A stretch of DNA of 64,000 nucleotides from Lachnospiraceae bacterium (GCA_045586385.1 JAZNAE010000005.1:10685-74684); one strand, 5' to 3'; positions 10,257 through 20,643 are shown, counted from the stretch's first letter. The notes: a model not told the origin generated them from the letters alone. Program-made: numbers and translations.

Positions 10257-10269
10257 GCGAGGTGAGAGA

Positions 10270-10737
10270 ATGTCAAAAAGGGAAACCTATGAAGCAAAGA
10301 CAGAAGAATTACTTTTGCCGATTGTAGAAAAATACGGTGTGGAAATCTATGACGTTGAATATGTCAAAGAAGGAAGCGACTGGTATTTACGCGCTTACAT
10401 CGACAAAAAAGAAGGTGTCAACATTAATGACTGCGAAGCAGTCAGCCGGGCACTGTCGGATGAATTGGATAAGGCAGACTATATTGAGGATGCTTATATA
10501 TTGGAGGTAAGCAGTCCGGGACTTGGAAGGGCATTAAAGAAGGATAAGCATTTACAAAAAAGTCTTGGCGAGCTTGTGGAACTGAAAACCTATAAGCAGA
10601 TAAGCGGCACTAAGGAATTTGAAGGAATTCTAAAATCTTTTGATGAAAAGCAAATTGTGTTGGAAACAGAAGCTGGCGGGGAAATGATATTTGAAAGAAA
10701 TGATATTGCAGCTATCAGGCTGGCATTTGATTTTTAA
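10270..10737 (+). CDS. rimP: Ribosome maturation factor RimP
   Basis: YDVEYVKEG, LRAYIDK, LEVSSPGL.R.L; canonical position; start at ATG 10270. Confidence 0.95.
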   Translation: MSKRETYEAKTEELLLPIVEKYGVEIYDVEYVKEGSDWYLRAYIDKKEGVNINDCEAVSRALSDELDKADYIEDAYILEVSSPGLGRALKKDKHLQKSLGELVELKTYKQISGTKEFEGILKSFDEKQIVLETEAGGEMIFERNDIAAIRLAFDF

Positions 10738-10784
10738 AAAATAGCTGGTTTACGTAAAGGTAAACGGAAAGGGATAAGGGAAAA

Positions 10785-11951
10785 ATGAACAAAGAATTAA
10801 TGGAAGCACTGGATATTTTAGAAAAGGAGAAAGAAATCAGCAAGGAAACATTGTTTGAAGCAATTGAAAATTCACTGATTACTGCTTGTAAAAATCATTT
10901 TGGCAAGTCCGATAATGTAAAGGTGGAAATTGACAGAGAAACATGTGATTTCCTTTGCTATGCAGAGAAGGAAGTAGTAGAAGATGTAGAAGATGATTGT
11001 TTGCAAATTTCTCTTGATGATGCACAGAAGGTGAAATCCGATGCAAAAGTGGGAGATATCTTAAATGTAGAGATCAAATCCAAAGAGTTTGGACGTATTG
11101 CGACACAGAATGCAAAGAATGTTATTTTGCAGAAAATCAGAGAAGAAGAAAGAAGTGTTATCTATAATCAGTATTTTGAAAAAGAAAAAGATGTTGTAAC
11201 AGGTATTGTACAGCGTTATGTAGGAAAAAACATCAGCATTAACTTAGGTAAAGCTGACGGTATTTTAAATGAAAGTGAGCAGGTAAAGGGTGAATACTTT
11301 AAACCTACCGAAAGAATTAAGGTATATATTTTAGAAGTAAAGAATACACCTAAGGGACCCAGAATATTAGTAAGCCGTACACATCCTGAACTTGTTAAGA
11401 GATTATTTGAATCTGAAGTAACTGAAATTAAGGATGGAACTGTTGAAATCATGAGCATTGCCCGTGAAGCAGGAAGCAGAACAAAGATGGCAGTCCGTAC
11501 CACAAATCCTAACGTAGACGCAGTCGGCGCCTGTGTAGGTTTAAATGGTGCAAGAGTAAACTCCATTGTAGAAGAACTTCGCGGTGAAAAGATTGATATC
11601 ATTAACTGGGATGAAAATCCCGGTAACCTGATTCAGAATGCATTATCACCTGCTAAGATTGTTGCAGTGTTTGCAGATCCTGATGAAAAGACTGCTAAGG
11701 TAGTTGTTCCCGATTACCAGTTATCACTTGCAATCGGTAAAGAAGGACAGAATGCCAGACTTGCAGCAAGACTTACCGGTTATAAGATTGATATTAAGAG
11801 TGAAACACAGGCGAAAGATGCTCCCGGATTCCGTTATGAAGATTATATGGATGAGTACGATGAGTACGATGAATATGATGAGTACGAAGAGGGTGAATAC
11901 GAAGAAGATTACGAGGGATATGAAGAAGCAGAAGATGGCGACCTTGCATAA
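10785..11951 (+). CDS. nusA: Transcription factor NusA
   Basis: FGRIATQNAK, SRTHPEL, AREAG.RTK, GQNARLAARLTG; extra acidic tail. Confidence 0.97.
   Translation: MNKELMEALDILEKEKEISKETLFEAIENSLITACKNHFGKSDNVKVEIDRETCDFLCYAEKEVVEDVEDDCLQISLDDAQKVKSDAKVGDILNVEIKSKEFGRIATQNAKNVILQKIREEERSVIYNQYFEKEKDVVTGIVQRYVGKNISINLGKADGILNESEQVKGEYFKPTERIKVYILEVKNTPKGPRILVSRTHPELVKRLFESEVTEIKDGTVEIMSIAREAGSRTKMAVRTTNPNVDAVGACVGLNGARVNSIVEELRGEKIDIINWDENPGNLIQNALSPAKIVAVFADPDEKTAKVVVPDYQLSLAIGKEGQNARLAARLTGYKIDIKSETQAKDAPGFRYEDYMDEYDEYDEYDEYEEGEYEEDYEGYEEAEDGDLA
11850..11885 (+). repeat. 9-bp tandem repeat x4 encoding (Asp-Glu-Tyr)4 in the NusA tail
   Basis: GATGAGTAC GATGAGTAC GATGAATAT GATGAGTAC. Confidence 0.9.
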
Positions 11952-11966
11952 GAAAGGAGCATCCGT

Positions 11967-12236
11967 ATGACAAAGAAAATTCCCTTAAGACAATGTGTGG
12001 GCTGCGGTGAAATGAAAAGCAAAAAGGAAATGATGCGCGTTTTAAAGACACCGGAGGAGACAATTGTTTTAGATAAAACAGGCAAGAAAAACGGCAGAGG
12101 TGCTTATCTTTGCATGGAAAAGGAATGTCTGTTAAAGGCAAGAAAAAATAAAGGATTGGAACGGTCTTTTAAGATGAGTATTCCAAATGAAGTCTATGAC
12201 AGTCTTGAAAAGGAGTTTGATGAAGAGAATGGATAA
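11967..12236 (+). CDS. ylxR: YlxR/RnpM RNA-binding protein
   Basis: PLRQCVGC, GKKNGRGAYLC; position after nusA. Confidence 0.92.
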   Translation: MTKKIPLRQCVGCGEMKSKKEMMRVLKTPEETIVLDKTGKKNGRGAYLCMEKECLLKARKNKGLERSFKMSIPNEVYDSLEKEFDEENG

Positions 12237-12549
12237 AATCTTATCCCTTTTAGGCCTGGCAGCCAGAGGAAGAAATCTGGTGAGCGGAGAGTTTTCTACA
12301 GAAAAAGCAGTAAAGGAAGGAAAAGCAGCACTTGTTATTATCGGAACAGATGCATCTGATAATACAAAAAAGATGTTCACCAACATGTGCAATTATCGAA
12401 GTATACCGATTTATTTTTACAGTACAAAGGAAGATATGGGCAGGGCAATCGGTAAGCAGATGAGAGCATCGGTTGCAGTGACTGATTTCGGGATGGCGGC
12501 AAATATAGAGAAACATTTGGATGCATTAAAAGAAGACGGAGGTAAATAA
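12220..12549 (+). CDS. ylxQ: L7Ae/L30e-family protein YlxQ
   Basis: LLGLAAR...VSGE, DAS.NTKK, GRAIGK..RA; AAGGAG RBS supports ATG 12220. Confidence 0.9.
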   Translation: MKRMDKILSLLGLAARGRNLVSGEFSTEKAVKEGKAALVIIGTDASDNTKKMFTNMCNYRSIPIYFYSTKEDMGRAIGKQMRASVAVTDFGMAANIEKHLDALKEDGGK

Positions 12550-15354
12550 ATGGCAAAAATGAAAGTACATGAACTTGCAAAAGAGTTGAATATACAAAGC
12601 AAAGAAGTGATTACCTTTTTACAAGAAAAAGGTTTTGAAGTAAAGGCAGCGCAGTCTTCCGTAGAGGATGATGCGATTGCTCTTGTAAAAAAGAATTTCG
12701 GGCAGGAAACTTCCAAGGCGGAAGAAAATGCGGCTGCAAAAGAACAACCGAAGCAGGCACCCGTCAAGGCACCTGCTAAGGCACCTGCTGAGTCAGAAGA
12801 AAAAGCAGAAGCAGCAGTTCCTGTAGCAAAACCTGCAGCAGAAAAGACTGAGGAAGCACCCAAAAAGAAAAAGAAAATTATTTTTGTAAGCAATCCTCAT
12901 AACAGTAATATTCCCGGGCAGCGTCTTTCCGGTGGTGAAAGACGTCCCATGCAGGGACAAAATCAGGGAAGCAGACCTCAGGCACAGGGAAATCGTCAAG
13001 GTCAGGGAAGAGCACAAGAGGCACCGCATAAAATTATCAGACCGCTTACAGCCCCCACTGCGCCGGATAATGTAAAACCGGATTTTAAAGAAAATGCAAG
13101 GAGAATGGAAAGCGAAAGAATCGCGGCAAAAAATGCGGCTATTCAAAAGGATAACAGAGATAATGCGCAGGCAGTTCAGGCGCCTAAAGCACCCGTAAGA
13201 GAAGAAAGAGTCACAAGAAATGAGAGAAATACAGGAAAGAGTAATTCCTTCGGCAATCGCCAAGGTGCTACAGGCGGCAGGAATGATTACCGCGATGGCG
13301 GCAATCATCAAGGCGGTGGCAGGCCTAATCAGGGTGGTCAGCGTCCTGAAAGAGCAAACGGCGGGCAGGACAATCGATTTAAGAAAGGTGAAAAGCCCGG
13401 TAAGAGCTTTGTTTCAGAAACTCCGGTTAAGGATCTTGAAAAGCCCAGAGCAGATGAAAAGCGCAGAAGCAATCAGGATCGTGACAAGAAATCAAGAAAA
13501 GATTTCATTTATGAAGAGGATGATGTAGCAGTAAAGGGCAAAAACAAAGCAGGAAAATTCATTAAGCCGGAGAAGAAAGTGGAAGCAGTGGTTGAGGAGC
13601 AGATTAAGGTAATTACCATTCCTGAGGCACTTACCATTAAAGATCTTGCCGACAAGATGAAAATGCAGCCCTCCGTAATTATTAAAAAGTTATTTTTACA
13701 GGGACAGATTGTAACCGTTAACTCTGAAATTTCCTTTGAAGATGCTGAAAATATTGCAATCGAATATGAAATCATTTGTGAGAAGGAAGTAAAGGTTGAC
13801 GTGATTGAAGAACTCTTAAAAGAAGAGGATGAGGCAGAAGAAAACTTAGAAAACAGACCACCTGTAATTTGTGTTATGGGTCATGTTGATCATGGTAAAA
13901 CTTCCCTTCTTGATGCAATCCGTAAAACAAATGTAACGGATAAAGAAGCCGGAGGTATTACACAGCACATAGGTGCGTATACTGTAACTATAAACGGACA
14001 GACTATTACCTTCCTTGACACACCGGGACATGAAGCATTTACTGCTATGCGTATGCGTGGTGCAAATGCAACAGTTATCGCTATCCTTGTTGTTGCTGCT
14101 GATGATGGTGTAATGCCGCAGACAGTGGAAGCGATCAATCATGCTAAGGCTGCAGGTATCGAAATTATTGTAGCAGTAAATAAGATTGATAAGCCCAGTG
14201 CAAACATTGACAGAGTAAAACAGGAAATGACAGAGTACGAACTCATTCCTGTAGATTGGGGCGGAAGCACAGAATTTGTACCTGTATCCGCAAAATCAGG
14301 GGAAGGTATTGAAGACCTTCTTGAAACCATTCTTCTTACCGCAGAAATCTTAGAACTGAAAGCAAATCCTGACAGAAGAGCAAGAGGTCTTGTAATCGAA
14401 GCTGAGCTTGATAAGGGACGCGGTCCTGTTGCAACGGTATTAGTACAGAAGGGTACTTTGCATGTAGGAGATTTTATTTCTGCAGGAGCAAGTCACGGTA
14501 AAGTAAGAGCCATGGTAGACGATAAGGGAAGAAGAGTAAAAGAAGCAACGCCTTCTACACCTGTCGAAATTTTAGGCCTTTCCGATGTGCCCAGTGCAGG
14601 CGAAGTATTTATTGCACATGAAAGTGATAAGGTTGCGAAATCCTATGCAGAAACTTATCTGGCACAGAACAAAGAAAAAATGCTGGAAGAAACAAAAGCC
14701 AAAATGTCTCTTGATGATTTGTTTACCCAGATTCAGGCAGGCAATCTGAAAGAACTTAATATTATTGTAAAAGCAGACGTTCAAGGTAGTGTTGAGGCTG
14801 TAAAGCAGAGCCTTATGAAGTTATCTAACGAAGAAGTTGTGGTGAAGTGTATCCACGGCGGAGTTGGTGCGATCAACGAATCCGACGTAACACTTGCATC
14901 TGCATCAAATGCGATTATTATCGGATTTAACGTACGTCCCGATGTGACAGCAAAGACCATTGCAGAACGTGAAGGTGTAGATGTAAAACTGTATAAGGTT
15001 ATCTATCAGGCAATTGAAGATATTGAAGCAGCCATGAAGGGTATGCTTGATCCTATTTTCGAAGAAAAAGTAATCGGTCATGCGGAAGTAAGACAGATCT
15101 TCAAAGCATCTGCAGTAGGTAACATTGCAGGTTCTTACGTACTTGACGGTATCTTCCAAAGAGGTTGTAAGGTTCGTATTACCAGAGAAGGCGAACAGAT
15201 TTATGAAGGTGAACTTGCATCCTTAAAGCGTTTCAAGGACGATGTGAAGGAAGTAAAAGCAGGATTTGAATGTGGTCTTGTATTTGAAGGTTTTGACCGG
15301 ATGCAGGAATTTGATATTGTGGAAGCTTATATTATGGTGGAGGTTCCCAGGTGA
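12550..15354 (+). CDS. infB: Translation initiation factor IF-2
   Basis: [43 protein letters not shown]. Confidence 0.98.
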   Translation: MAKMKVHELAKELNIQSKEVITFLQEKGFEVKAAQSSVEDDAIALVKKNFGQETSKAEENAAAKEQPKQAPVKAPAKAPAESEEKAEAAVPVAKPAAEKTEEAPKKKKKIIFVSNPHNSNIPGQRLSGGERRPMQGQNQGSRPQAQGNRQGQGRAQEAPHKIIRPLTAPTAPDNVKPDFKENARRMESERIAAKNAAIQKDNRDNAQAVQAPKAPVREERVTRNERNTGKSNSFGNRQGATGGRNDYRDGGNHQGGGRPNQGGQRPERANGGQDNRFKKGEKPGKSFVSETPVKDLEKPRADEKRRSNQDRDKKSRKDFIYEEDDVAVKGKNKAGKFIKPEKKVEAVVEEQIKVITIPEALTIKDLADKMKMQPSVIIKKLFLQGQIVTVNSEISFEDAENIAIEYEIICEKEVKVDVIEELLKEEDEAEENLENRPPVICVMGHVDHGKTSLLDAIRKTNVTDKEAGGITQHIGAYTVTINGQTITFLDTPGHEAFTAMRMRGANATVIAILVVAADDGVMPQTVEAINHAKAAGIEIIVAVNKIDKPSANIDRVKQEMTEYELIPVDWGGSTEFVPVSAKSGEGIEDLLETILLTAEILELKANPDRRARGLVIEAELDKGRGPVATVLVQKGTLHVGDFISAGASHGKVRAMVDDKGRRVKEATPSTPVEILGLSDVPSAGEVFIAHESDKVAKSYAETYLAQNKEKMLEETKAKMSLDDLFTQIQAGNLKELNIIVKADVQGSVEAVKQSLMKLSNEEVVVKCIHGGVGAINESDVTLASASNAIIIGFNVRPDVTAKTIAEREGVDVKLYKVIYQAIEDIEAAMKGMLDPIFEEKVIGHAEVRQIFKASAVGNIAGSYVLDGIFQRGCKVRITREGEQIYEGELASLKRFKDDVKEVKAGFECGLVFEGFDRMQEFDIVEAYIMVEVPR

Positions 15355-15719
15355 GAAAAAACAGTATGAAAAATACCCGTATTAACGGGGAGGTGCAAAG
15401 AGTACTTGCTGAAGTAATCAGGGGTGAAATTAAAGATCCAAGAATCAGTCCGCTCACCTCAGTGGTAGCAGTAGAGGTTGCACCTGATTTGAAAACCTGC
15501 AAGGCATGGATTAGTGTATACGGAGATGAGCAGGTGATTTCGGATACTCTGGCGGGACTTAAGAGCGCAGAGGGATATATCAAAAATCAGCTTGCCAAGA
15601 AAATTAACCTTCGTAACACACCGGAAATCCGGTTTATCGTTGATGAATCCATCGCTTACGGTGTAAGAATGTCAAAGCTAATTGATGATGTAATCAGTAA
15701 TGACAACCGTGAAGAATAG
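15351..15719 (+). CDS. rbfA: Ribosome-binding factor A
   Basis: IKDPRI, VEVAPDL, LR.TPE..F..D.S; GTGA overlap with infB. Confidence 0.95.
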   Translation: MRKNSMKNTRINGEVQRVLAEVIRGEIKDPRISPLTSVVAVEVAPDLKTCKAWISVYGDEQVISDTLAGLKSAEGYIKNQLAKKINLRNTPEIRFIVDESIAYGVRMSKLIDDVISNDNREE

Positions 15720-15728
15720 GGAGTGTCT

Positions 15729-16679
15729 ATGAATATTTTTGAAGAAGTAAATGGTGCAAAAACCATTGCTATCAGTGGTCATATCAGACCGGACGGAGAC
15801 TGTGTAGGCTCCGTTATGGGACTTTATCTGTATTTAAAAAAGGTTTGTCCAAAAGCAAAGATTCAGGTTATGTTGGAAAAACCTGCTGATATTTTTTCCT
15901 GTATCGCGGGAGTTGAAGAAATAAACAGTGATTTCCGGTCAATAACAGACTGTTTTGATGTGTTTATTGCACTGGATTGCGAAAAATCAAGGTTGGGAGA
16001 AGCAGAAAAATTTTTTGACTTGGCCAGGAAGAAAATAAATATTGACCATCATATCAGCAATGCTGCGGGCTGCGGGGACATCAATTTTGTTGTACCCACA
16101 GCCAGCTCTGCAAGCGAACTGGTGTACAAGGTTTTGGAGGATAAATCCCAAATTGATGCAGAGATTGCCAAGGCACTGTACATAGGAATCATTCATGATA
16201 CCGGTGTGTTCCAATATTCCAATACCGCACCGGAAACATTAGAGATTGCGGCAAAACTGATTTCTTACGGTTTTGATTTCCCGAGGCTGATTGACAGTAC
16301 TTTTTATGAGAAAACATATGTACAGAATCAAATTATGGGAAGAGCATTATTGGAAAGTATTTTATTTATGGACGGCAAATGTATTGTCAGCATGATAGAT
16401 AAGAAAACCATGGCTTTTTACAATGCAAAGCCCCATGACCTGGACGGAATCGTAAGCCAGCTTCGAAATACAAAGGGTGTGGAGTGTGCCATATTCATGT
16501 ATGAAATTGGCTCATTGGAATATAAAGTAAGTCTTCGTTCAAACGGAGATCTTGATGTGGCAAAGGTTGCTTCCATATTTGGGGGCGGCGGTCATGTAAA
16601 GGCGGCAGGTGTGACCATGCAGGGAACTTTCCATGATATTGTCAATAATTTATCGGCACAGATTGCAAAACAAATATAA
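15729..16679 (+). CDS. nrnA: DHH/DHHA1 phosphoesterase (NrnA-like nanoRNase/pAp phosphatase)
   Basis: GHIRPDGD, LDC, IDHH, DTG.F, GGGGH..AAG; start at ATG 15729 from RBS spacing. Confidence 0.88.
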   Translation: MNIFEEVNGAKTIAISGHIRPDGDCVGSVMGLYLYLKKVCPKAKIQVMLEKPADIFSCIAGVEEINSDFRSITDCFDVFIALDCEKSRLGEAEKFFDLARKKINIDHHISNAAGCGDINFVVPTASSASELVYKVLEDKSQIDAEIAKALYIGIIHDTGVFQYSNTAPETLEIAAKLISYGFDFPRLIDSTFYEKTYVQNQIMGRALLESILFMDGKCIVSMIDKKTMAFYNAKPHDLDGIVSQLRNTKGVECAIFMYEIGSLEYKVSLRSNGDLDVAKVASIFGGGGHVKAAGVTMQGTFHDIVNNLSAQIAKQI

Positions 16680-16707
16680 AGCTTGCAAGAAAAGTCAGGA
16701 GAAGAAT

Positions 16708-17610
16708 ATGTTCCACGGAATGATAAATGTCTATAAGGAAAAAGGCTATACATCTCATGATGTGGTAGCTAAGCTTCGTGGTATCTGTAAACAGAAAAAA
16801 ATAGGTCATACAGGAACCCTTGACCCGGATGCGGTGGGGGTTCTTCCTGTTTGTTTAGGGAATGCCACGAAATTGTGTGATATGCTTACGGATAAAGAAA
16901 AAGAATATATTGCGGAATTCAAGTTGGGAATTACTACTGACACACAGGATATTTCCGGCAAAGTACTGGAAGAACGGGATGTAAGTGTTTCGAAACAACA
17001 GGCAGAAGATGCCGTTATGTCCTTTGTGGGACATTATGACCAGATTCCTCCCATGTACTCAGCACTTAAAGTAAATGGGAAAAAACTTTACGAGCTTGCC
17101 AGAGAGGGTAAGGAAGTAGAAAGAAAGAGCCGTCCGGTTACTATTTTTGAAATAGAAATATTAGAAGAGAAATTTCCGGAGTTTATGATCCGGGTACGCT
17201 GTTCGAAAGGCACGTACATCAGGACACTCTGCCATGATATCGGACAGAAACTGGGGTGTGGAGCAGTCATGACATCCCTTATGAGAACGAAATCAGGAAG
17301 TTTTCGAATAGAAGATGCGTATAAACTCGATGAAATACAAAAAAAAGCAGATGAAGGTGACTTGGAAAGCATCGTAATTCCGACTGAAAAAATGTTTGAA
17401 CATTTGCCGATAGTAAGAGCAAATAAAAATGCGGATAAGGCACTTGCAAACGGGAATCAGTTAAAGAGAGAAGAATACATATGTGAGATAAAGCTCAAAG
17501 CGGAAGAGCAGGTGAGATTGTACAGTTTTGCGGGAACATTTCACGGAGTCTATCGTTTTGATGAAAAACGAAGGCTCTTATGTCCGGTACAGTTGTTTTT
17601 TAAGGAATAG
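16708..17610 (+). CDS. truB: tRNA pseudouridine-55 synthase
   Basis: GHTGTLDP, PPMYSALK, CSKGTYIRTL. Confidence 0.96.
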   Translation: MFHGMINVYKEKGYTSHDVVAKLRGICKQKKIGHTGTLDPDAVGVLPVCLGNATKLCDMLTDKEKEYIAEFKLGITTDTQDISGKVLEERDVSVSKQQAEDAVMSFVGHYDQIPPMYSALKVNGKKLYELAREGKEVERKSRPVTIFEIEILEEKFPEFMIRVRCSKGTYIRTLCHDIGQKLGCGAVMTSLMRTKSGSFRIEDAYKLDEIQKKADEGDLESIVIPTEKMFEHLPIVRANKNADKALANGNQLKREEYICEIKLKAEEQVRLYSFAGTFHGVYRFDEKRRLLCPVQLFFKE

Positions 17611-17633
17611 TATATAGGAAAGGTACAAACGGA

Positions 17634-18560
17634 ATGCAGATTATAAGTGGTCTGACAGACTTTAAAATAGAACAAAAAAGTGCTGTGGCAATCGGAAAAT
17701 TTGACGGCATTCACAGGGGACATCAGGAACTTCTTTCTTATATATTAAAGCAGAAAGAAGAAGGAAGATGTGCGGTTGTATTTACTTTTGATAAGCCGGC
17801 TGGCCTTTTTTTCAAAACTGCAGGCGAAAAAGAACTGACACCAATGGAAGAAAAAAGAAAAATATTTGAAAAAATGGGCATTGATATCATGGTAGAATTT
17901 CCATTAAATAAGGAAACTGCATCTATTCCGGCAGAAGACTTCGTGAAAGACATTGTTTCAGAAAAGATGAATGCAGCCTATATTGTTGCAGGAACAGACT
18001 TGTCATTCGGAGCAGGAGGGCGCGGAAATAGTAATCTTTTAATGGCCTTATCAAAGGAACTTGATTATGAAGTCCGCATTATTGATAAAATATTTTATGA
18101 AGGCAGAGAAATCAGTTCTTCTTTTGTAAGAGAGGAAGTGGAAAAAGGAAATATGGAAACAGTGGAGACGCTTCTTGGTAGGGCATATGAAATTACAGGA
18201 GTTGTTGAAAACGGAAAAAAATTGGGACGGAAACTGGGAATGCCGACCATAAATCTTTATCCAAAGAAGGACAAACTTCTGCCCCCAAGCGGTGTATACT
18301 ATTCTTTTGTTACATGGCAAGGCAAAGCATATAAAGGAATTACGAATGTAGGATTAAAGCCTACGGTAAATGATACGCTTACTGTGAATGCAGAAGCTTA
18401 TTTGTACGATTTCGAAGGTGATTTATATGGAGAAGAAGTGACTATTTCCCTGTTACACTATAAAAGACCTGAAATGAAATTTGAAAGTGTGGATGCGTTA
18501 AAGGCACAGATGCAAAAGGACGTGGAAGGTGGAATAATGTACCATAGAGCCAAAAGTTGA
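17634..18560 (+). CDS. ribF: Bifunctional riboflavin kinase/FAD synthetase
   Basis: G.FDG.H.GH, ISSS.VR, GRKLG.PT.N, NVG.KPT, EAYL.DF..DLYG. Confidence 0.95.
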   Translation: MQIISGLTDFKIEQKSAVAIGKFDGIHRGHQELLSYILKQKEEGRCAVVFTFDKPAGLFFKTAGEKELTPMEEKRKIFEKMGIDIMVEFPLNKETASIPAEDFVKDIVSEKMNAAYIVAGTDLSFGAGGRGNSNLLMALSKELDYEVRIIDKIFYEGREISSSFVREEVEKGNMETVETLLGRAYEITGVVENGKKLGRKLGMPTINLYPKKDKLLPPSGVYYSFVTWQGKAYKGITNVGLKPTVNDTLTVNAEAYLYDFEGDLYGEEVTISLLHYKRPEMKFESVDALKAQMQKDVEGGIMYHRAKS

Positions 18561-18585
18561 CATAATTTTTGTTCCTTGTTATAAT
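18557..18585 (+). promoter_or_regulatory. Consensus sigmaA promoter of the NlpC/P60 gene
   Basis: TTGACA-17-TATAAT with extended TG, overlapping the ribF stop. Confidence 0.85.
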
Positions 18586-18587
18586 TT

Positions 18588-18615
18588 TGTTAATGGACTG
18601 TAACAAATTCGTAAC
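18588..18615 (+). promoter_or_regulatory. Three OmpR-family direct repeats (WalR-box-like) over the transcription start
   Basis: TGTTAA-N5-TGTAAC-N5-CGTAAC. Confidence 0.55.
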
Positions 18616-18630
18616 ATTTGGAGGAACGTT

Positions 18631-19662
18631 GTGAAAAAAATAATAAAGTACAGCCTTTGTGCATTGTTATGCAGTGCTGTTGTTACAATACCTATAACAG
18701 TAAATGCAACAGAGCAGCCCGAGGAACTGTTAACAGCCGGAATCGGTGAATTGTTTTCCGATGTGTTAACAGAAGAAGAGTACAAGGAAATTGCAAAGAA
18801 TGCAGAAGGAGCCAGATGGGGATATACCAATCTGGGAATTTGTAATGTAGAAGATAATAATTTGAATATTCGAAAAGATCCTGATGAAACAGGGAGATTG
18901 ATAGGTAAGTTACCCAAGAATGCAGCTTGTGAAGTTATCAGCAGTGAAAACGGATGGGCGCATATTACATCCGGTCAGGTTGATGGATATGTAAAAGAAG
19001 AATATTTACTTACAGGCTTTGCTGCACAGCAAAAAGGAGAAGAACTTGCAAGTGCTATGGCAGTAGCATCTGCCGATGCATTAAATGTCAGGGAAGAGCC
19101 TAATACAGATGCGGAAATTGTAACCCAGGTAGCACATGGTGAAACACTTGACATTGCAGAAATTATGGGTAACGGTTGGATAAAGGTATATCTGGATGAT
19201 GAAGAAGTGTATGTTTCTGCTGATTATGTGGAAGTAAAAGCGGATTTGGCGACAGCAGTTACCATGACGGAGTTAATATACGGACAGGGAGTGTCTGACG
19301 TAAGAGTAGACCTTTGTCAATATGCAAAACAGTTTTTGGGTAATCCTTATGTTTGGGGAGGTACAAGTCTTACCAAAGGTGCGGATTGCTCGGGATTTGT
19401 GCTCAGTGTCTTTGCAAAATATGGTATCAGCCTACCCCACCATTCCGGTTCACAAGCGAATTGCGGTACAAAGATTTCAGCATCTGAGTTACAGCCGGGT
19501 GACTTAGTATTTTATGCGAAGGGCGGAACCATTAATCATGTGGCTATCTATATCGGGGGCGGACAAGTAATTCATGCAAGCAGTCCTAAGACAGGTATTA
19601 AGATATCTGCATACAACTATCGTACACCTTGTAAGATGGTGCGTATTTTGCAGGATGTATAG
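18631..19662 (+). CDS. Secreted peptidoglycan endopeptidase, two SH3b + NlpC/P60
   Basis: Signal peptide; LNIR/LNVR SH3b repeats; PYVWGG...DCSG...HVAIY. Confidence 0.92.
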   Translation: MKKIIKYSLCALLCSAVVTIPITVNATEQPEELLTAGIGELFSDVLTEEEYKEIAKNAEGARWGYTNLGICNVEDNNLNIRKDPDETGRLIGKLPKNAACEVISSENGWAHITSGQVDGYVKEEYLLTGFAAQQKGEELASAMAVASADALNVREEPNTDAEIVTQVAHGETLDIAEIMGNGWIKVYLDDEEVYVSADYVEVKADLATAVTMTELIYGQGVSDVRVDLCQYAKQFLGNPYVWGGTSLTKGADCSGFVLSVFAKYGISLPHHSGSQANCGTKISASELQPGDLVFYAKGGTINHVAIYIGGGQVIHASSPKTGIKISAYNYRTPCKMVRILQDV

Positions 19663-19669
19663 AAAACCC

Positions 19670-19698
19670 TTGCTTTTATAAAAACAAAGTGATAGACT
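19670..19698 (+). promoter_or_regulatory. sigmaA promoter of the amino-acid ABC operon
   Basis: TTGCTT-17-TAGACT with extended TG. Confidence 0.6.
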
Positions 19699-19758
19699 AC
19701 CTATGTTTTTAGATATTAGGCCATAATTTATTATGAAGCACATTTTAGGAGGAAAGTT

Positions 19759-20565
19759 ATGAAAAAATTAGTAGCATTATTGTTAGCAACAGTTATGGCA
19801 ATGACCATGCTTACTGCATGTGGCGCTAAGGAAGAAACAGCAGCACCTACTACAGATACAGCAACAGAAGCAGCAGTCAGCGAAGCGTTAGCGGACGGAG
19901 TACTTACCGTAGGAACCAACGCAGAGTTCCCTCCCTTTGAATACATGGGTGATGACGGACAGCCTGACGGATTTGACATGGCACTCGTAAAGGAAATCGG
20001 TGAAAAGCTTGGTGTGGAAGTGCAGATTGAAAACATGGAATTTGCTTCTTTGGTAACTTCTATCGGAAGTAAGATTGATATCGCAGCGGCAGGTATGACA
20101 GTAACAGAAGAAAGAAAACAGACAGTTGATTTTACAGATACTTATTATGAAGCCGTTCAGTATGTGATTCTTCCCGTAGATTCTGAAATTAAAGCAGCTG
20201 CTGATTTAGTAGGAAAGACCATCGGTGTGCAGCTTGGTACAACAGGTGATTTTATTGCATCTGATATTGAAGGCACAACAGTTTCCCAGTACAATAAGGC
20301 TGTAGACGCAGTAAATGACTTGATTAACGGCAGAGTGGATTGTGTCATTATTGATAAGAATCCCGCACTTGTATTTGAAGCAAAATTTGAAGGTCAGGTA
20401 GTGGCAGTTGACGGGGCTCAGTTTGAATTTGAAATCGAAGAATATGCAATGGCACTTCCCAAAGGAGATGCAGTACTTGCAGAAAAGATTAACCAGGCGA
20501 TTGCAGACCTTAAAGCAGACGGAACTTTTGATGAATTAGTAAAAACTTATATTGAAGCTGAATAG
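19759..20565 (+). CDS. Polar amino-acid ABC transporter substrate-binding lipoprotein
   Basis: Lipobox LTAC; GTNAEFPPFE, GVQLGTTG (SBP family 3). Confidence 0.93.
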   Translation: MKKLVALLLATVMAMTMLTACGAKEETAAPTTDTATEAAVSEALADGVLTVGTNAEFPPFEYMGDDGQPDGFDMALVKEIGEKLGVEVQIENMEFASLVTSIGSKIDIAAAGMTVTEERKQTVDFTDTYYEAVQYVILPVDSEIKAAADLVGKTIGVQLGTTGDFIASDIEGTTVSQYNKAVDAVNDLINGRVDCVIIDKNPALVFEAKFEGQVVAVDGAQFEFEIEEYAMALPKGDAVLAEKINQAIADLKADGTFDELVKTYIEAE

Positions 20566-20597
20566 AAAATAAGGTACAATTAAATAAGTGTATTATG

Positions 20598-20623
20598 AGA
20601 GGATAGCATATATGCTATCCTCT
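20598..20623. repeat. Perfect 26-bp palindrome between the SBP and permease genes
   Basis: AGAGGATAGCATA|TATGCTATCCTCT followed by TTT. Confidence 0.85.
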
Positions 20624-20643
20624 TTTAACGAAAGGAAAAACTT

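Noticed and set aside
12700-13500. Low-complexity Pro/Ala/Gln/Gly-rich stretch in infB
   Set aside because: Normal variable, disordered IF2 N-terminal region
19663-19758. ArgR (ARG) boxes upstream of the amino-acid ABC operon
   Set aside because: No TGAAT-N-ATTCA-like palindrome is present, so substrate and regulation cannot be assigned
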